Positions 1 through 10,198 of a stretch of DNA of 64,000 nt are shown in pieces. How positions within the stretch are numbered: position 1 is the stretch's first letter; the number at the start of each line of letters is the position of its first letter. Position numbers and translations under genes: made by a program. The notes under the pieces are model-generated. The model searched no databases, was not told the origin of the DNA, and worked only from the letters and a program-made list of their open reading frames with translations. The DNA comes from Spirochaetia bacterium (GTDB taxonomy: Bacteria; Spirochaetota; Spirochaetia; SZUA-6; Bin103), in NCBI GenBank assembly GCA_965199955.1, contig CBDATQ010000001.1, positions 544,001 through 608,000 on the forward strand, given 5' to 3'.

Positions 1-782
1 TCGTCGGGGTAGTGTTTGCGGCTCGTGCGGCAGGAGAAGACCAGCGTATCGCCGACCTGCACGGCGGCGGGGCCGGAATAGCCTGGCGGGTGCTCCCGAG
101 CCCGGTCGGCCCCCGCGACGGACCACGTCGTGTAGGGCGGCCGCGCGATCGACACGTAGTGGGGGCGGGTGAAGGCGAGCAGCGAGCCGTCGGCGAGAAA
201 CAGCAGCTCGGTCTCCGTGCAGCGCGAGGCGCGGACGATGACCGACACCGGCTGCCACAACTGGCCGTCGCGTGACGACAGCAGCTCGACCTGCTGGTCG
301 AGCTCGTCGACGTCGGGCGGCGTGACGTCGACGTCGGCCGCCACGTAGTGGACGCCGCCGTGGGTCTGCGGCTTCCAGTACCCGTAGTTGTACCGATAGG
401 CGGACACGGGGTGGCACCACGTCCGTCCGTCCTCCGTGAACGACAGGTAGGTCTCCTGCGGCATCGTGAGCCGCGCCGGCCCTATGATGGTGGTGCTGAA
501 GACGTAGAGCCGCTCCGGGGTCGCGAGCAGCTTCGGGTCACGGTCGTCGTACTCGCTGTCCAGGATCACCGACGGCGTCCACGTCGTCAGGTCGGCCGAC
601 TCCAGCAGCATGATCCTGCCGTACGTGGCCGGCACGTCTCCCCAGCCGTCTTCCCAAGTCGCCGCGTGGGTGCCGGCGGATCGGAAGGCGACGTAGTACC
701 GGCCGCGCCACCGCACCATGCTGGTGAAGGCATTGTGCCGGCCGTCGGAATGGATGGTCTCGGTGTTCTCGATCTTCAGCAT
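1..782 (-). CDS. Sialidase-like/BNR beta-propeller hydrolase, 3' end runs off the window (absent from ORF track)
   Basis: Manual translation from ATG at 782: MLKIENTETIHSDGRHNAFTSMVRWRGRYYVAFRSAGTH...LESADLTTW...DDRDPKLL...FTEDGRTW...SSRDGQLW. Open to position 1, with Asp-box-like SxDGxTW motifs. Confidence 0.75.
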   Translation of the reverse strand, partial: MLKIENTETIHSDGRHNAFTSMVRWRGRYYVAFRSAGTHAATWEDGWGDVPATYGRIMLLESADLTTWTPSVILDSEYDDRDPKLLATPERLYVFSTTIIGPARLTMPQETYLSFTEDGRTWCHPVSAYRYNYGYWKPQTHGGVHYVAADVDVTPPDVDELDQQVELLSSRDGQLWQPVSVIVRASRCTETELLFLADGSLLAFTRPHYVSIARPPYTTWSVAGADRAREHPPGYSGPAAVQVGDTLVFSCRTSRKHYPD

Positions 783-789
783 CGGCCGG

Positions 790-1920
790 CTATACCTCTT
801 CGAGGATCGCGCCCTCGATGCCGCGCAGGTCGTCGTCGAAGTGGTGCCAGTAGGTGACCAGCACGCGCCCGTCGTTCAGCTCCACCGACCAGGGGTAGCC
901 GCAGTCAGGGCTGATCGCGTCGTCGCGGATGATGATCTCCGGCGCGGTGTCGAGGTTCTCGCCCTCGGGATCCAGGATGCGCGCCGAGCAGCCGCGCTGG
1001 CCCGCCCAGCGCGTGCCGACGGTGAGGAAGATGCGTCCGTCGCGCAGCCCGAGCATGTGCCCGGGGCTGCCGTGGATCATCGTCGGCCGCCACTGCGACC
1101 AGGTTTGCCCGTCGTCATCCGAATACACCAGCACCAGCACGCGCCCCTCGAAGCTGGGGTCGGTGACGTGCGGCCCGTCAAGGCCCTGCTGGCGGACGAT
1201 CTCCGGTCCCAGGGCCCCTGTGTGGCACCGGTACAACACCAGGATGCGGCCGGAGGGGGTGCGGTGGATGGTCGGCTCGCTGAAGTGGGCGACCGGGTCC
1301 TCGCAGATCCGGCCGCCGTACTCCCAGGTCTCGCCCATGTCACGGGAGATCCGCAGCATCCCGTGGTAGCGGAACTCGTCGGTGACGTCGGTGGCCTTGC
1401 TCGGCAGGAACAGGCGTCCGTCGGGCATCACCAGCAGCCCGCTGCGGCTCACGCCGGTGTGCTGGGCCGGGTGCCCGTTGATGGCGTCCGGGAGCGGCGG
1501 GAAGCGGACCGGCTTGGTCCAGGTGTGGCCGTCGTCGGTGGACCGCACCCAGAACGGCATCCCGTAGCGCACGGTCCAGTCCAGGCCGTGCGCCTCCGAC
1601 CCCTCGGCCGGCACCAGCTCCGTGCACGAGCAGTGCAGGAAGATGCTGCCGTCCGGCAGCGAATGGCAGCCCCGGTCCATCACCCCGCCCCGCGGGTCGA
1701 CGGTCACCAGGCATGCATCGCTCCAGGTCTGCCCTTCGTCGCTGGAACGGCACGCCTGCACGTTGAACAGCGGATGGTTGTGGTTGGCCATGCCGATGTG
1801 GGTGGCGCGCTGGAAGGTCACCAGCAGGTCGCCGTTCGGCGTCCGGTTCACGGTGGGCGAGAGTGCGTAGAAGCCCTCTTCGTGGTAGATGGTCATCCGG
1901 TCGGTCACTCGCCAGCTCAT
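790..1920 (-). CDS. Sialidase-family (BNR/Asp-box) protein
   Basis: Repeated Asp boxes SSDEGQTW, STDDGHTW, SRDMGETW, SDDDGQTW; C-terminal DCGYP. Confidence 0.85.
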   Translation of the reverse strand: MSWRVTDRMTIYHEEGFYALSPTVNRTPNGDLLVTFQRATHIGMANHNHPLFNVQACRSSDEGQTWSDACLVTVDPRGGVMDRGCHSLPDGSIFLHCSCTELVPAEGSEAHGLDWTVRYGMPFWVRSTDDGHTWTKPVRFPPLPDAINGHPAQHTGVSRSGLLVMPDGRLFLPSKATDVTDEFRYHGMLRISRDMGETWEYGGRICEDPVAHFSEPTIHRTPSGRILVLYRCHTGALGPEIVRQQGLDGPHVTDPSFEGRVLVLVYSDDDGQTWSQWRPTMIHGSPGHMLGLRDGRIFLTVGTRWAGQRGCSARILDPEGENLDTAPEIIIRDDAISPDCGYPWSVELNDGRVLVTYWHHFDDDLRGIEGAILEEV

Positions 1921-1975
1921 GACCGGCCATGATCCCCGGTTTCGGCGAAGCTGAACAGTCGTCGCCGGTGGTCGA

Positions 1976-3625
1976 TCATTCGGGCGGGGCTTCAGATCCG
2001 AGCGCGGCGAGGGAGCGGCTGACGACCGAGGCGCTGGCCGTCGCTTCCGCGGTGACGATCACGGTCGCGCCGGCGTGGTGCAGCGAGGCGCGGTCCAGCT
2101 CGTACGGGGCGCGCGCGATGATGGCGAGGTCGGGAGCGATCGCCCGAATCCGCCGGACCGCAAGCTCGGTGGCGCGGGCGTCGTTGACGGTCAGGACCAC
2201 CAGCCGCGCGTCCTTGCAGCCGAGCTCCTCCAGCACCTCACGCTGTGTCACGTCGCCGAGCACGGCCCGGTCGCCGATGGCGCGCGCCGCGCGCACGTTG
2301 TCCGGGTTCGCGTCGATGGCCAGGTAGTCGAAGCCGGCTTCCCTGACGGCACGGCACACCTCGCGGCCGGCAAGTCCGTAGCCGGCAACGATCACGTGGT
2401 CCGAGTGCGGTTCGTCCGCCTCGATGCCGGGCGGCTCCGCGCGCAGGAGCCGGTTCAGCCACGGAACCCGCGCCGCACCACCGGCCAGGTGGGGGCCGAA
2501 GGCGATGACCAGCGGAGTGAGCAGCATGGACAGGATTATCGCCATCATCAGGTGCTGGGACAGCGCGATACCCAGCAGCCCGGTGCCCGCCGCTACGCTC
2601 ATCAACACGAACGAGAACTCGCCGACCTGGCACAGTGCCGCCGCCGACAGGATGCCGACCCGCAGCGGCAGGCGGAGGAGGAGGGCGGTGACGAGGATGA
2701 TCGCGAACTTGCCGACCAGGATCGCGCCGAGCAGTCCGGCGGTGGCCATGATCTGACCGGACATGCCGGAGACGTCCAGCAGCATCCCGACCGAGACGAA
2801 GAACAGGCTGGCCAGGATGTCGCGGGCCGGGATCAGGTCCGCCATCGCCTGGTGGCGGAACTCGCTGCCGGCGACGATCAGGCCGGCCAGGAACGCACCG
2901 AGCGCCAGGGAGATGCCGGCCAGGGACAGCGCCCAGGTCGTGCCGAAGCACACCAGGAAGACCGTCAGAATGAAGAGTTCGCGTTCCCGTGTCTTGGCCA
3001 CGAACGCCAGCAGCCGCGGCACCAGGAAGCTGGCGGCCACCAGCACGCCGGCCAGGACCGCGACGGCCGTGCCGACCGTGAGCAGGATCTCCCGCGGGGA
3101 GCTGTCGCCTCCGGCCAGCAGGGGCACGGCCAGAATCATCGGCACCACGCACAGGTCCTGGAACACCAGGATGCCCACGGCCAGGCGGCCGTGCGGGGCG
3201 TCCAGCTCGCCACGCGCCGACAGCGCGCGCAGGACCACGGCCGTGCTGGAGACCGCGATCACGCATCCCAGGAACACCGCCGTCCCCGGAGCCAGACCGA
3301 ACCCACGGGCCAGGGCCGCCGTGCATGCCAGCGTCACCGCGACCTGGATGCCGCCGCCCAGCAACACGGCTTTCCACAGGCGGCGCAGGCGATCGACCGC
3401 CAACTCCAGGCCGATACCGAACAGAAGCAGGACGACGCCGACCTCCGCCAGTATCTCGACCTGATGGGTGTCGTCCACCAGGCCCAGGCCGGTGGGGCCG
3501 GCCAGGACGCCGGTCAGGATGAACCCCGCGATCGACGGGACGCCGATGCGGCGCAGCAACGCCACCACCACCACGGCGGCCCCGAGCACGATGACCAAGT
3601 CCTTGAGGAAGCCCAGCTCAGGCAC
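1976..3625 (-). CDS. CPA2 cation:proton antiporter (Kef-type) with C-terminal TrkA-N/KTN domain
   Basis: Many TM segments, LFGIGLE, VFQDL, GEFSFV; C-terminal VAGYGLAG Rossmann motif. Confidence 0.92.
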   Translation of the reverse strand: MPELGFLKDLVIVLGAAVVVVALLRRIGVPSIAGFILTGVLAGPTGLGLVDDTHQVEILAEVGVVLLLFGIGLELAVDRLRRLWKAVLLGGGIQVAVTLACTAALARGFGLAPGTAVFLGCVIAVSSTAVVLRALSARGELDAPHGRLAVGILVFQDLCVVPMILAVPLLAGGDSSPREILLTVGTAVAVLAGVLVAASFLVPRLLAFVAKTRERELFILTVFLVCFGTTWALSLAGISLALGAFLAGLIVAGSEFRHQAMADLIPARDILASLFFVSVGMLLDVSGMSGQIMATAGLLGAILVGKFAIILVTALLLRLPLRVGILSAAALCQVGEFSFVLMSVAAGTGLLGIALSQHLMMAIILSMLLTPLVIAFGPHLAGGAARVPWLNRLLRAEPPGIEADEPHSDHVIVAGYGLAGREVCRAVREAGFDYLAIDANPDNVRAARAIGDRAVLGDVTQREVLEELGCKDARLVVLTVNDARATELAVRRIRAIAPDLAIIARAPYELDRASLHHAGATVIVTAEATASASVVSRSLAALGSEAPPE

Positions 3626-3653
3626 GTGACGGTTCCCTCACGGCACGGCAACG

Positions 3654-4724
3654 CTATCGCGGATGGTATCTCGGCTCGCGGGGGGTTACCTCGCGCTGCA
3701 GGCGCAACTCGCTGCCGGCCAGCGGCAGCGACGTGCGAGCTCCGCTGTTCCGGTGCGACTCCAGGCAGGCGAAGATCAGCTCGGTGTTGGTGCGCGCGAC
3801 GCGCACGCCGCCGCGCGTCGGGGCGCCGGTGTCCAGCGCCTGCACCAGGTCCAGGATCAGGTGAACGGCGGGGCTGCCGGGCTGGAACGCCGGAAAGGTG
3901 CCGGGTCCCAGCACCGGCCGGCCGCGCAGGTCGACGCCGCTCTCTTCGCGCACCTGCCACTCGCTGCCGACCGTGGTGACGATGCCGCGCTCGCATACCA
4001 CCTCCGCCTCGAACGGACGGCCGCTGTCGAGCAGGAACGCCGGCACGCCGTTCGCGAACTGCAGGCGGCCGCCGCCGTCGGGATCGGCATGCAGCACGGT
4101 GCCCTCGATCCGGTCCGCGCCCTCCGACAGGTGGAACTGCACCCAGCTCACCGGCGCGTCGCCGTTCAGCATCAGCACCAGGTCGATCGCATGGCTGCCC
4201 ATGTTGAAGATCCCGTGGCTGCAGTGGACGGTGAGCGAGCGCAGCGCGCCGTAGCGCTCCTCGGCGATCAGCGATCGCAGGACCCGGAAGCCGGGGTGCC
4301 AGCGCCGGTTGCTGCCCATGTTGAAGGCGACGCCGTTGCGCTCCACCGCCTGCACCATCGCGCCGGCCTCCGCCAGCGAGGCCGCCATCGGCTTCTCGGC
4401 ATAGATGGCGCGCGCGCCGTGATCGGCGGCGTGGATGACGATCTCCGCCCGGTGCTCGGGCTGGGTGGCGACGCTGACGATGTCGGGCCGCTCGGCGGCG
4501 ATCATCTCGCGGTAGTCCGTGTACCGGTGCGCGGCCGGCACGCCGTAGCGCTCGCCCGCGCGTGCCATCACGTCCTCACGCTGGTCGGCCAGGGCCACCA
4601 GGGTTGTGCGCTCGCACGCCTCGTACGCCGCGGCGTGTGAGTAGGGATGGGGATCCGCGACCTCGTTGTCGATAAAGGCGCCGATGCGTCCGCAGCCGAT
4701 CAGGGCCGCTCGATAGGTGGTCAT
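3654..4724 (-). CDS. Gfo/Idh/MocA oxidoreductase
   Basis: IGCGRIG and AEKPMA; start moved to ATG 4724, which overlaps the upstream stop. Confidence 0.9.
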   Translation of the reverse strand: MTTYRAALIGCGRIGAFIDNEVADPHPYSHAAAYEACERTTLVALADQREDVMARAGERYGVPAAHRYTDYREMIAAERPDIVSVATQPEHRAEIVIHAADHGARAIYAEKPMAASLAEAGAMVQAVERNGVAFNMGSNRRWHPGFRVLRSLIAEERYGALRSLTVHCSHGIFNMGSHAIDLVLMLNGDAPVSWVQFHLSEGADRIEGTVLHADPDGGGRLQFANGVPAFLLDSGRPFEAEVVCERGIVTTVGSEWQVREESGVDLRGRPVLGPGTFPAFQPGSPAVHLILDLVQALDTGAPTRGGVRVARTNTELIFACLESHRNSGARTSLPLAGSELRLQREVTPREPRYHPR

Positions 4725-5848
4725 GGTATAGGCTCCAAACGGTAGATCGAGGCGCTTCGCGCGTCCTCCAGCAGCCACAGCATCCCGTCCGGTCCCTGCT
4801 TGACGTCGCGCACCCGCCCCACGCGGCGGCGCAGGAGCACCTCCTCGGCCACCGCCCGCTCGCCGTCGAGCTGCACGCGGCGCAGGTGCTGGCCGGCCAG
4901 GGCGCCGGCGAACAGGTCGCCGCGCCAGCCGGGAAAGCGGTTGCCGTCGTAGAAGGTCATGCCGGACGGGGCGATCGACGGCGTCCAGTGCAGGACGGGC
5001 TGCGCCATGCCCGGTGCCGCCGTGCCGACGCCGATCCGCGCGCCGCTCCGGTACTCGGCGCCGTAGGTGATCACCGGCCAGCCGTAGTTGACGCCGGCCT
5101 CGATCACGTTGATCTCGTCGCCGCCCTGCGGCCCGTGCTCGTGTGACCAGAGGCGGCCGGTCGCCGGGTGGACGGCCAGCCCCTGTGGGTTGCGGTGGCC
5201 GAAGGAGTACACTTCCGGGGCGCCGCCGCCGGCGGAGAACGGGTTGTCGGCCGGCACCGAGCCGTCGTCCCGCAGGCGGATGATCGTGCCGGCGTGGTCG
5301 GACGGATCCTGGGCGCGCTGCCGCTCGCCCCGTTCGCCGAAGGTGGCGTACAGCATGCCGTCGGCGCCGAACGACAGACGCGAGCCGAAGTGCAGGCGGG
5401 AGCCCGACGGCCGGTTCATCGTGAACAGCACCTCCACATCCTCCAGCCCGGCGTCGGTGAGCCGCCCGCGTGCGATGCTGGTCGCGTAGCGCCCGCTGCG
5501 GCCGGCGGCATAGGAGAGGTAGACCAGCCGGTTCTCCGTGAACCGGGGATGCGGCTCCACGTCCAGCAGGCCGCCCTGACCGACCGCGGCGACCGCGGGT
5601 GCGCCGCTCAGCGTCCGCAGCGCGCCGGTCTCCGGGTCCAGGCTCAGCAGGCCGCCGGGCCGCTCGCTTACCAGCGCGCCGCCGTCCGGCAGGAAGGCGA
5701 TCGACCAGGGGTGGTTCAGGCCTCCGGCAACGCGCACGACCCGGAACATCTCCCGCTCCGATTCGACCCGCTCGGCCACCACGGTCGGCTCGGCGCCGGC
5801 CGCGAGCGTGACCAGGAGCGCCAGCAGGGAGGCGGCGCCGGCACGCAT
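4721..5848 (-). CDS. PQQ-dependent sugar dehydrogenase (GSDH/YliI-like), secreted
   Basis: Signal peptide; GQGGLLD, HFGSR, GHRNPQG, EHGPQGGDEIN, NYGWP. Confidence 0.93.
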   Translation of the reverse strand: MRAGAASLLALLVTLAAGAEPTVVAERVESEREMFRVVRVAGGLNHPWSIAFLPDGGALVSERPGGLLSLDPETGALRTLSGAPAVAAVGQGGLLDVEPHPRFTENRLVYLSYAAGRSGRYATSIARGRLTDAGLEDVEVLFTMNRPSGSRLHFGSRLSFGADGMLYATFGERGERQRAQDPSDHAGTIIRLRDDGSVPADNPFSAGGGAPEVYSFGHRNPQGLAVHPATGRLWSHEHGPQGGDEINVIEAGVNYGWPVITYGAEYRSGARIGVGTAAPGMAQPVLHWTPSIAPSGMTFYDGNRFPGWRGDLFAGALAGQHLRRVQLDGERAVAEEVLLRRRVGRVRDVKQGPDGMLWLLEDARSASIYRLEPIP

Positions 5849-6318
5849 CAGGCGTCCTCCGCGAACGCGAAGACCTCGCCGCCGGCCAGGGTGCGGTAGT
5901 CGGCGGTCTGCATGATGATCGAGTCGGTCAGCGCTCCCGCGTTGAAGGCGATGCGGTCGTTGGCCAGCACCGACGGGTCCACGTTCAGCGGCAGCGGCAG
6001 GATCGGCTCCCCGAAGGGCGGCACGCTGCCCGGCACCAGCCCGGTGAGCTCCAGCAGCTCCGGCGCGCTCGCGAAGCGGATGCGCCGCGTCCCGAACCGG
6101 GCGCGCACCGCGGTCGAGTCCAGCCGGAGCGACGCGCTCAGCACGAACAGCCGGAATCCGTCGCCGATCTTGACGACCAGTGCCTTGCCGCCGATGGACA
6201 GCGGCTCGCCCCGCACCTTCGCGGCCTGCTCGGAGGTGCGCACCTCCTCGTGGTGGACGTGGCGGTAGTCGACTCCGGCCTCGTCGAGCATCGCCCGAAT
6301 CCGTTCCAGGACGCTCAT
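5848..6318 (-). CDS. YbaK/ProX-family aminoacyl-tRNA deacylase
   Basis: GKALV lysine motif, GSVPPFG, FNAG. Confidence 0.88.
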   Translation of the reverse strand: MSVLERIRAMLDEAGVDYRHVHHEEVRTSEQAAKVRGEPLSIGGKALVVKIGDGFRLFVLSASLRLDSTAVRARFGTRRIRFASAPELLELTGLVPGSVPPFGEPILPLPLNVDPSVLANDRIAFNAGALTDSIIMQTADYRTLAGGEVFAFAEDA

Positions 6319-6331
6319 TCGGGGCGCTTCC

Positions 6332-6991
6332 TCAAATCAGCTCGAAGACGAAGGTGCCCACGTAGGGCTCGCCGTCGGAAAAGCCGGCCTCGCTCTCGGT
6401 CAGCGCGGTAATGGGCGCGGCCGGGTCGGTGTCGGCGTCGGCGTCAGTGTAGACCGTGCCGTCGTCGGTGCCGGCGTCGTAGACGCGGAGGTCCACTTCG
6501 ATCCGTTCTCGCCAGGCTCCGTCCTCCATCAGCGGCAGCGCCGATACGCCCACGAACCAGTCGGGGCTCGGCGCGACCATGCTGACCAGCGTCACGAACG
6601 GATGCGAGGAGACGGCGCCGAACGTCAGGCTCACCGTCGCCGGGGAGGTCGACAGCCCGCCGCCGGAAAGCTTGTCGTGCGCGTCTCCGTCCTCGATCAG
6701 ATGCTCGATCTCGTGCAGCAACTCGCCCTTGCCGCCGGTTTCCGCCATCAGCTCGATGCCCTCGGAGGCGATTGCGCCCATCTCCCAGAGCCGCACGTCG
6801 CCGTGGTGCGTCGCGCCCACCAGACCGGAGAAGTGGGGCCCGATGGGGAAATTGGTCGGATGGGTCTCCGCGGTCCAGGTGGCGTTGAATGTCACCCGAT
6901 AGCGGGCCTCAGTCTCCATGTCTCCCATGGCGCAGGCCGCGCACAGCACCAGCACGGCAACCGAGGTTGACCCGAAAAGCGCCGTTCTCAT
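6332..6991 (-). CDS. Spondin_N domain lipoprotein
   Basis: YRVTFNATW...HP...HFSGLVGATH, MVAPSPDWFVG, YDAGTD; hydrophobic leader ending LCAAC. Confidence 0.88.
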   Translation of the reverse strand: MRTALFGSTSVAVLVLCAACAMGDMETEARYRVTFNATWTAETHPTNFPIGPHFSGLVGATHHGDVRLWEMGAIASEGIELMAETGGKGELLHEIEHLIEDGDAHDKLSGGGLSTSPATVSLTFGAVSSHPFVTLVSMVAPSPDWFVGVSALPLMEDGAWRERIEVDLRVYDAGTDDGTVYTDADADTDPAAPITALTESEAGFSDGEPYVGTFVFELI

Positions 6992-7071
6992 GCCCGCCAG
7001 CATAGCGGAACCTCCAGTCCTTGTGGACGCCGTGCGGCCGGTCGCAGCAGAATCCGGAACGGCAGGATCAC

Positions 7072-8310
7072 ATGGCGTCCGATCTTCAGCGCGTTCCCGA
7101 CGGCTACCGCCGCGAGCTGGACCGGCTGTCCGAGATCGAGGAGCGTCTCGATGCCGAGGTGCGCATCGACGACCAGCGGTTCGCCGGCCTGCGCGACTAC
7201 CGGACCGTTCTCGAGCTCGCCACCGTGCGCCTGTGTCTGGCCACCCTCGCGGTCGAGGACGGCGGCGACGCGGAGCTGGCCCGCGCCAAGGCACTCGCGG
7301 CGCTGCAGGCGCTCGACGAGCTGCGCGGGCTGTCGCTGTCCGACGACCAGTCCGAGCTGATCCGCGGCTCGGACGCGTACGCCGCGGCGCAGGAGCAGCT
7401 CGAGCGCTTCCTGATGGCCGGCGGCGGAGCGCTCCTGGAGGACCGCGTCGCGGATGCCGAGCGCTGCCGCAAGCTGGCGCGCATCGTCGCCTCGGCGGTC
7501 AGCAAGCACGCGCATCGCGACGACACCTATCGTCCCCTGTTCCAGACCGAGAGGCTGCCGGAGCCGCTCCGCGCGCTGGTCAACATGCTGCTGCCCCTGC
7601 TGGCGTGGGAGAACCAGGCGGAGCCGCCCTACGGCCTGGAGGAAGGCGAGGAGGAGGTCCGGCGCGCGCCGCGAATGACCGTGCCGCTGCCGCAGGCCAT
7701 TCACTACCTTGAAGAGGAGGTGCTGCCGGCGTACCGGGAGGCGGCGGACGCCACACCGGGCGATGCCGGCCTGCAGGCGTCCATCGCCACCCTGGAGCAG
7801 CGCATCGAGCGCCTGCAGGCGCTGCGTGTGTACCCCCGCTCCACGCCGCTGCCGATCGAGCCGGGTATCCAGACCGACACGCTGGTCGGCTTCACGGCCG
7901 AGGGCGTGCCGCTGGTGACGCTGGGCATCGGCGTCGACGTCCGCTCCGGCACCAACCTGGACCGGATGCGGGAGCTGATTCAGTCCGAGGTGGTGCGGCG
8001 CTGCGCGGGCGGCGGCTTCGCGGCCGAGCTCGACCGGGAGTACCGGCGGCTGGCTCCGTCCGGCGGAGACCACCGCACCGGCACCCGCGCTCCCAGCCTG
8101 CGGCTGAACGCCAACAAGCTGTTTCCGGCGCTGCGCCGCTCCTATCCGGTGCTCCGTCACCTGGAGGACCGCGTGCAGCTCGCCCGGCTGCTGGAGCACT
8201 GCCGTCTCTATGGCGAGGCGGCGACCCGCCGGCTGATCGAGCTGGAGCTGGCGGCGCTGTCCAGCGCGGAGCGCGGGTTCACGGACCGAGCCGTTCCCGA
8301 TCAGCGATGA
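7072..8310 (+). CDS. Hypothetical protein, probably alpha-helical, 412 aa
   Basis: Long ORF with GC3-rich codons, AGGA before ATG 7072, stop overlaps next start; no recognisable motif. Confidence 0.75.
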   Translation: MASDLQRVPDGYRRELDRLSEIEERLDAEVRIDDQRFAGLRDYRTVLELATVRLCLATLAVEDGGDAELARAKALAALQALDELRGLSLSDDQSELIRGSDAYAAAQEQLERFLMAGGGALLEDRVADAERCRKLARIVASAVSKHAHRDDTYRPLFQTERLPEPLRALVNMLLPLLAWENQAEPPYGLEEGEEEVRRAPRMTVPLPQAIHYLEEEVLPAYREAADATPGDAGLQASIATLEQRIERLQALRVYPRSTPLPIEPGIQTDTLVGFTAEGVPLVTLGIGVDVRSGTNLDRMRELIQSEVVRRCAGGGFAAELDREYRRLAPSGGDHRTGTRAPSLRLNANKLFPALRRSYPVLRHLEDRVQLARLLEHCRLYGEAATRRLIELELAALSSAERGFTDRAVPDQR

Positions 8311-9143
8311 GCGCCGGCCGGCCGTTTCGCGTCGCCTTCCTCGACGGGGAGCCGCCGGGGGCAGCGCATCTCGCGGGGGCGCAAGGGACGGTGGAGCTGG
8401 TCGATCCGTCCCGGCCGGCCGATCCGGGACGGGTCGACGGCGTGGTGATCGGCGGTCCGATCGAGCGCCGTGCCGAGCGGGTGACGGGACACCTGCGGGC
8501 CGGCACGTCGGTTCTGGCCGCCGCGCCACTGTCGGCCGAAGCCGCGGAGCACGACGCGCTGGTGCAGGACGCCGAGGAGGGACCGGGCCGGCTGCTGCTG
8601 GCCTACCGGCAGCGGTGGCGTCCGGAGGTTGCCGCGGTTTGCGCCGCGCTGGAGGCCGGCGAGCTGGGCCGAACCGGGCTGATCCGGCTTCACTCCTGGC
8701 GCGTGAGCGAACAGGGAGAGGAGGCCGCGACGGCTGCGCTGCGCGACGCCGTCGACACGGTGCTGCGGATCGCCGGGACGAAACCGTCCGTGGTCCACGC
8801 CTCCGGCGACGGCTCGTGCCTGCTGGCGCACCTGGGCTTCGCCGGCGGGGGCATGGCGCTGCTCGACCTGGCGACCTCGCACGGCGACCCGTACGACTCG
8901 CTGACCGTGATCGGAGCCGACGGCGCCGCGCACGCCGAGGACCATCGCAACGTCCAGTTCCTGTACGACCGGCACGGGTTGCAGGGCGTGCCGCTGCGCG
9001 GCGACGCTGAGCTGGGCCTGCTGCGCGCCTTCGCCGCCGGGGCACGCAGCGCCGCGGACCACGAGCGTGCGGTGAGCGCGGTGACCGGGGCGATCGGCGC
9101 GTCGCTCCGCACCGGCGCGGCGGTCCCGGGGTCGGTGCCGTGA
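8307..9143 (+). CDS. Degenerate Gfo/Idh/MocA-like protein
   Basis: Gfo-like C-terminal pattern (YRQRWRP, GELGRTGLIRLH, LTVIGADG) but no GxGxxG, and EKP is replaced by AAP. Confidence 0.65.
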   Translation: MSAGRPFRVAFLDGEPPGAAHLAGAQGTVELVDPSRPADPGRVDGVVIGGPIERRAERVTGHLRAGTSVLAAAPLSAEAAEHDALVQDAEEGPGRLLLAYRQRWRPEVAAVCAALEAGELGRTGLIRLHSWRVSEQGEEAATAALRDAVDTVLRIAGTKPSVVHASGDGSCLLAHLGFAGGGMALLDLATSHGDPYDSLTVIGADGAAHAEDHRNVQFLYDRHGLQGVPLRGDAELGLLRAFAAGARSAADHERAVSAVTGAIGASLRTGAAVPGSVP

Positions 9144-10198
9144 TCCCGGTCATCGCCCTGGGGGGCGCCAGGCACTGCTACTTCGCGCATGCCGCGGCCG
9201 GCGGCCATGCACGCTTCCGGTTGGTCGCGGTGGCCGATGCGGCAAGCGCGCCCGACTGGTCGCTGGCGCGGGCGCGCCGGCTGGCGGCGGAGCTGCAGGT
9301 TCCGTTCGAGGACGACATCGATGCGGCGATCTCGCGATACCGCCCGCAGGCGGCATGCGTGAGTCCCGCCACGTCCCGTCACGCGGAGCTGACGGAGATC
9401 GCCTGCGCCGCCGGACTGCACGTCATCCAGGACAAGCCGATGGCCCACACCCTGGAGGACTGCACCCGCATCATGCGGGCGGTGCGGCGCGCCGGCACGC
9501 GCTTCCTGCTGTGGAACCGCAACGGCGCCCCGGCGATCCGGCAGGCGGGCGAGCTGCTGGAGCGGGGCGCGCTCGGCGCGCTGCGGGCGATCCACGTCGA
9601 CTTCTACTTCGCCAAGGATGCCGGGCCGCGCATCGGCGAGGGGCGGCCGGTGCCGCAGGACCCCGGCTGGGAGCCGCTCGGCGAGCTCTCGGTCGAAGGG
9701 ATCTACCCGCTCGCCTACATCGCGCACCTGGCCCGGTCGCCTGCCGCCACGGTGTTCGCGCGCGCCGCCAGCCACTTCCACCAGCGCCACCGCGACCACG
9801 GCATCGAGGACCTGGCGTCGCTGAGCCTGCGCCTGCAGGGCGGCGTCCTAGCTTCGGTCAGCCTGGGCAGAATCGGCCGGGCCAGCCACCCGGACCTGGG
9901 AGAGATCGCGCTGCGCCTGATCGGCAGCGACGGCAGCGCCGTGATCGCCGAACCGCGGCCGGAGGTGGCGGTCTACCGCCGTGGCGCGGCGCCGGCCGCG
10001 TTCCCGCACCGGCGGGTCGCCGCGGAGGACGCACGCTTCCTGCTGGACGACCTGGCGCGCGCCATCGACACCGGCGGACGCACGGTCTGCGACGAGGTGG
10101 ACGGGTGGCGGATCGCCGCCACCGTGCACGCCGCGCTCGCCTCCGCGCGCAGCGGCCGCGTGGAGCGGGTGCCGGATCTCAATGTTACGAAGCCTTAA
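9140..10198 (+). CDS. Gfo/Idh/MocA oxidoreductase
   Basis: GLHVIQDKPMA, GALGALRAIH; GTGA overlap with upstream gene. Confidence 0.85.
   Translation: MIPVIALGGARHCYFAHAAAGGHARFRLVAVADAASAPDWSLARARRLAAELQVPFEDDIDAAISRYRPQAACVSPATSRHAELTEIACAAGLHVIQDKPMAHTLEDCTRIMRAVRRAGTRFLLWNRNGAPAIRQAGELLERGALGALRAIHVDFYFAKDAGPRIGEGRPVPQDPGWEPLGELSVEGIYPLAYIAHLARSPAATVFARAASHFHQRHRDHGIEDLASLSLRLQGGVLASVSLGRIGRASHPDLGEIALRLIGSDGSAVIAEPRPEVAVYRRGAAPAAFPHRRVAAEDARFLLDDLARAIDTGGRTVCDEVDGWRIAATVHAALASARSGRVERVPDLNVTKP

Noticed and set aside
6988..9153. 721-aa minus-strand ORF and many other long overlapping ORFs (e.g. 39495-41753, 46843-49101, 26437-28491)
   Set aside because: Arg/Pro/Ala-rich shadow frames opposite or alongside motif-bearing genes, as expected in high-GC DNA
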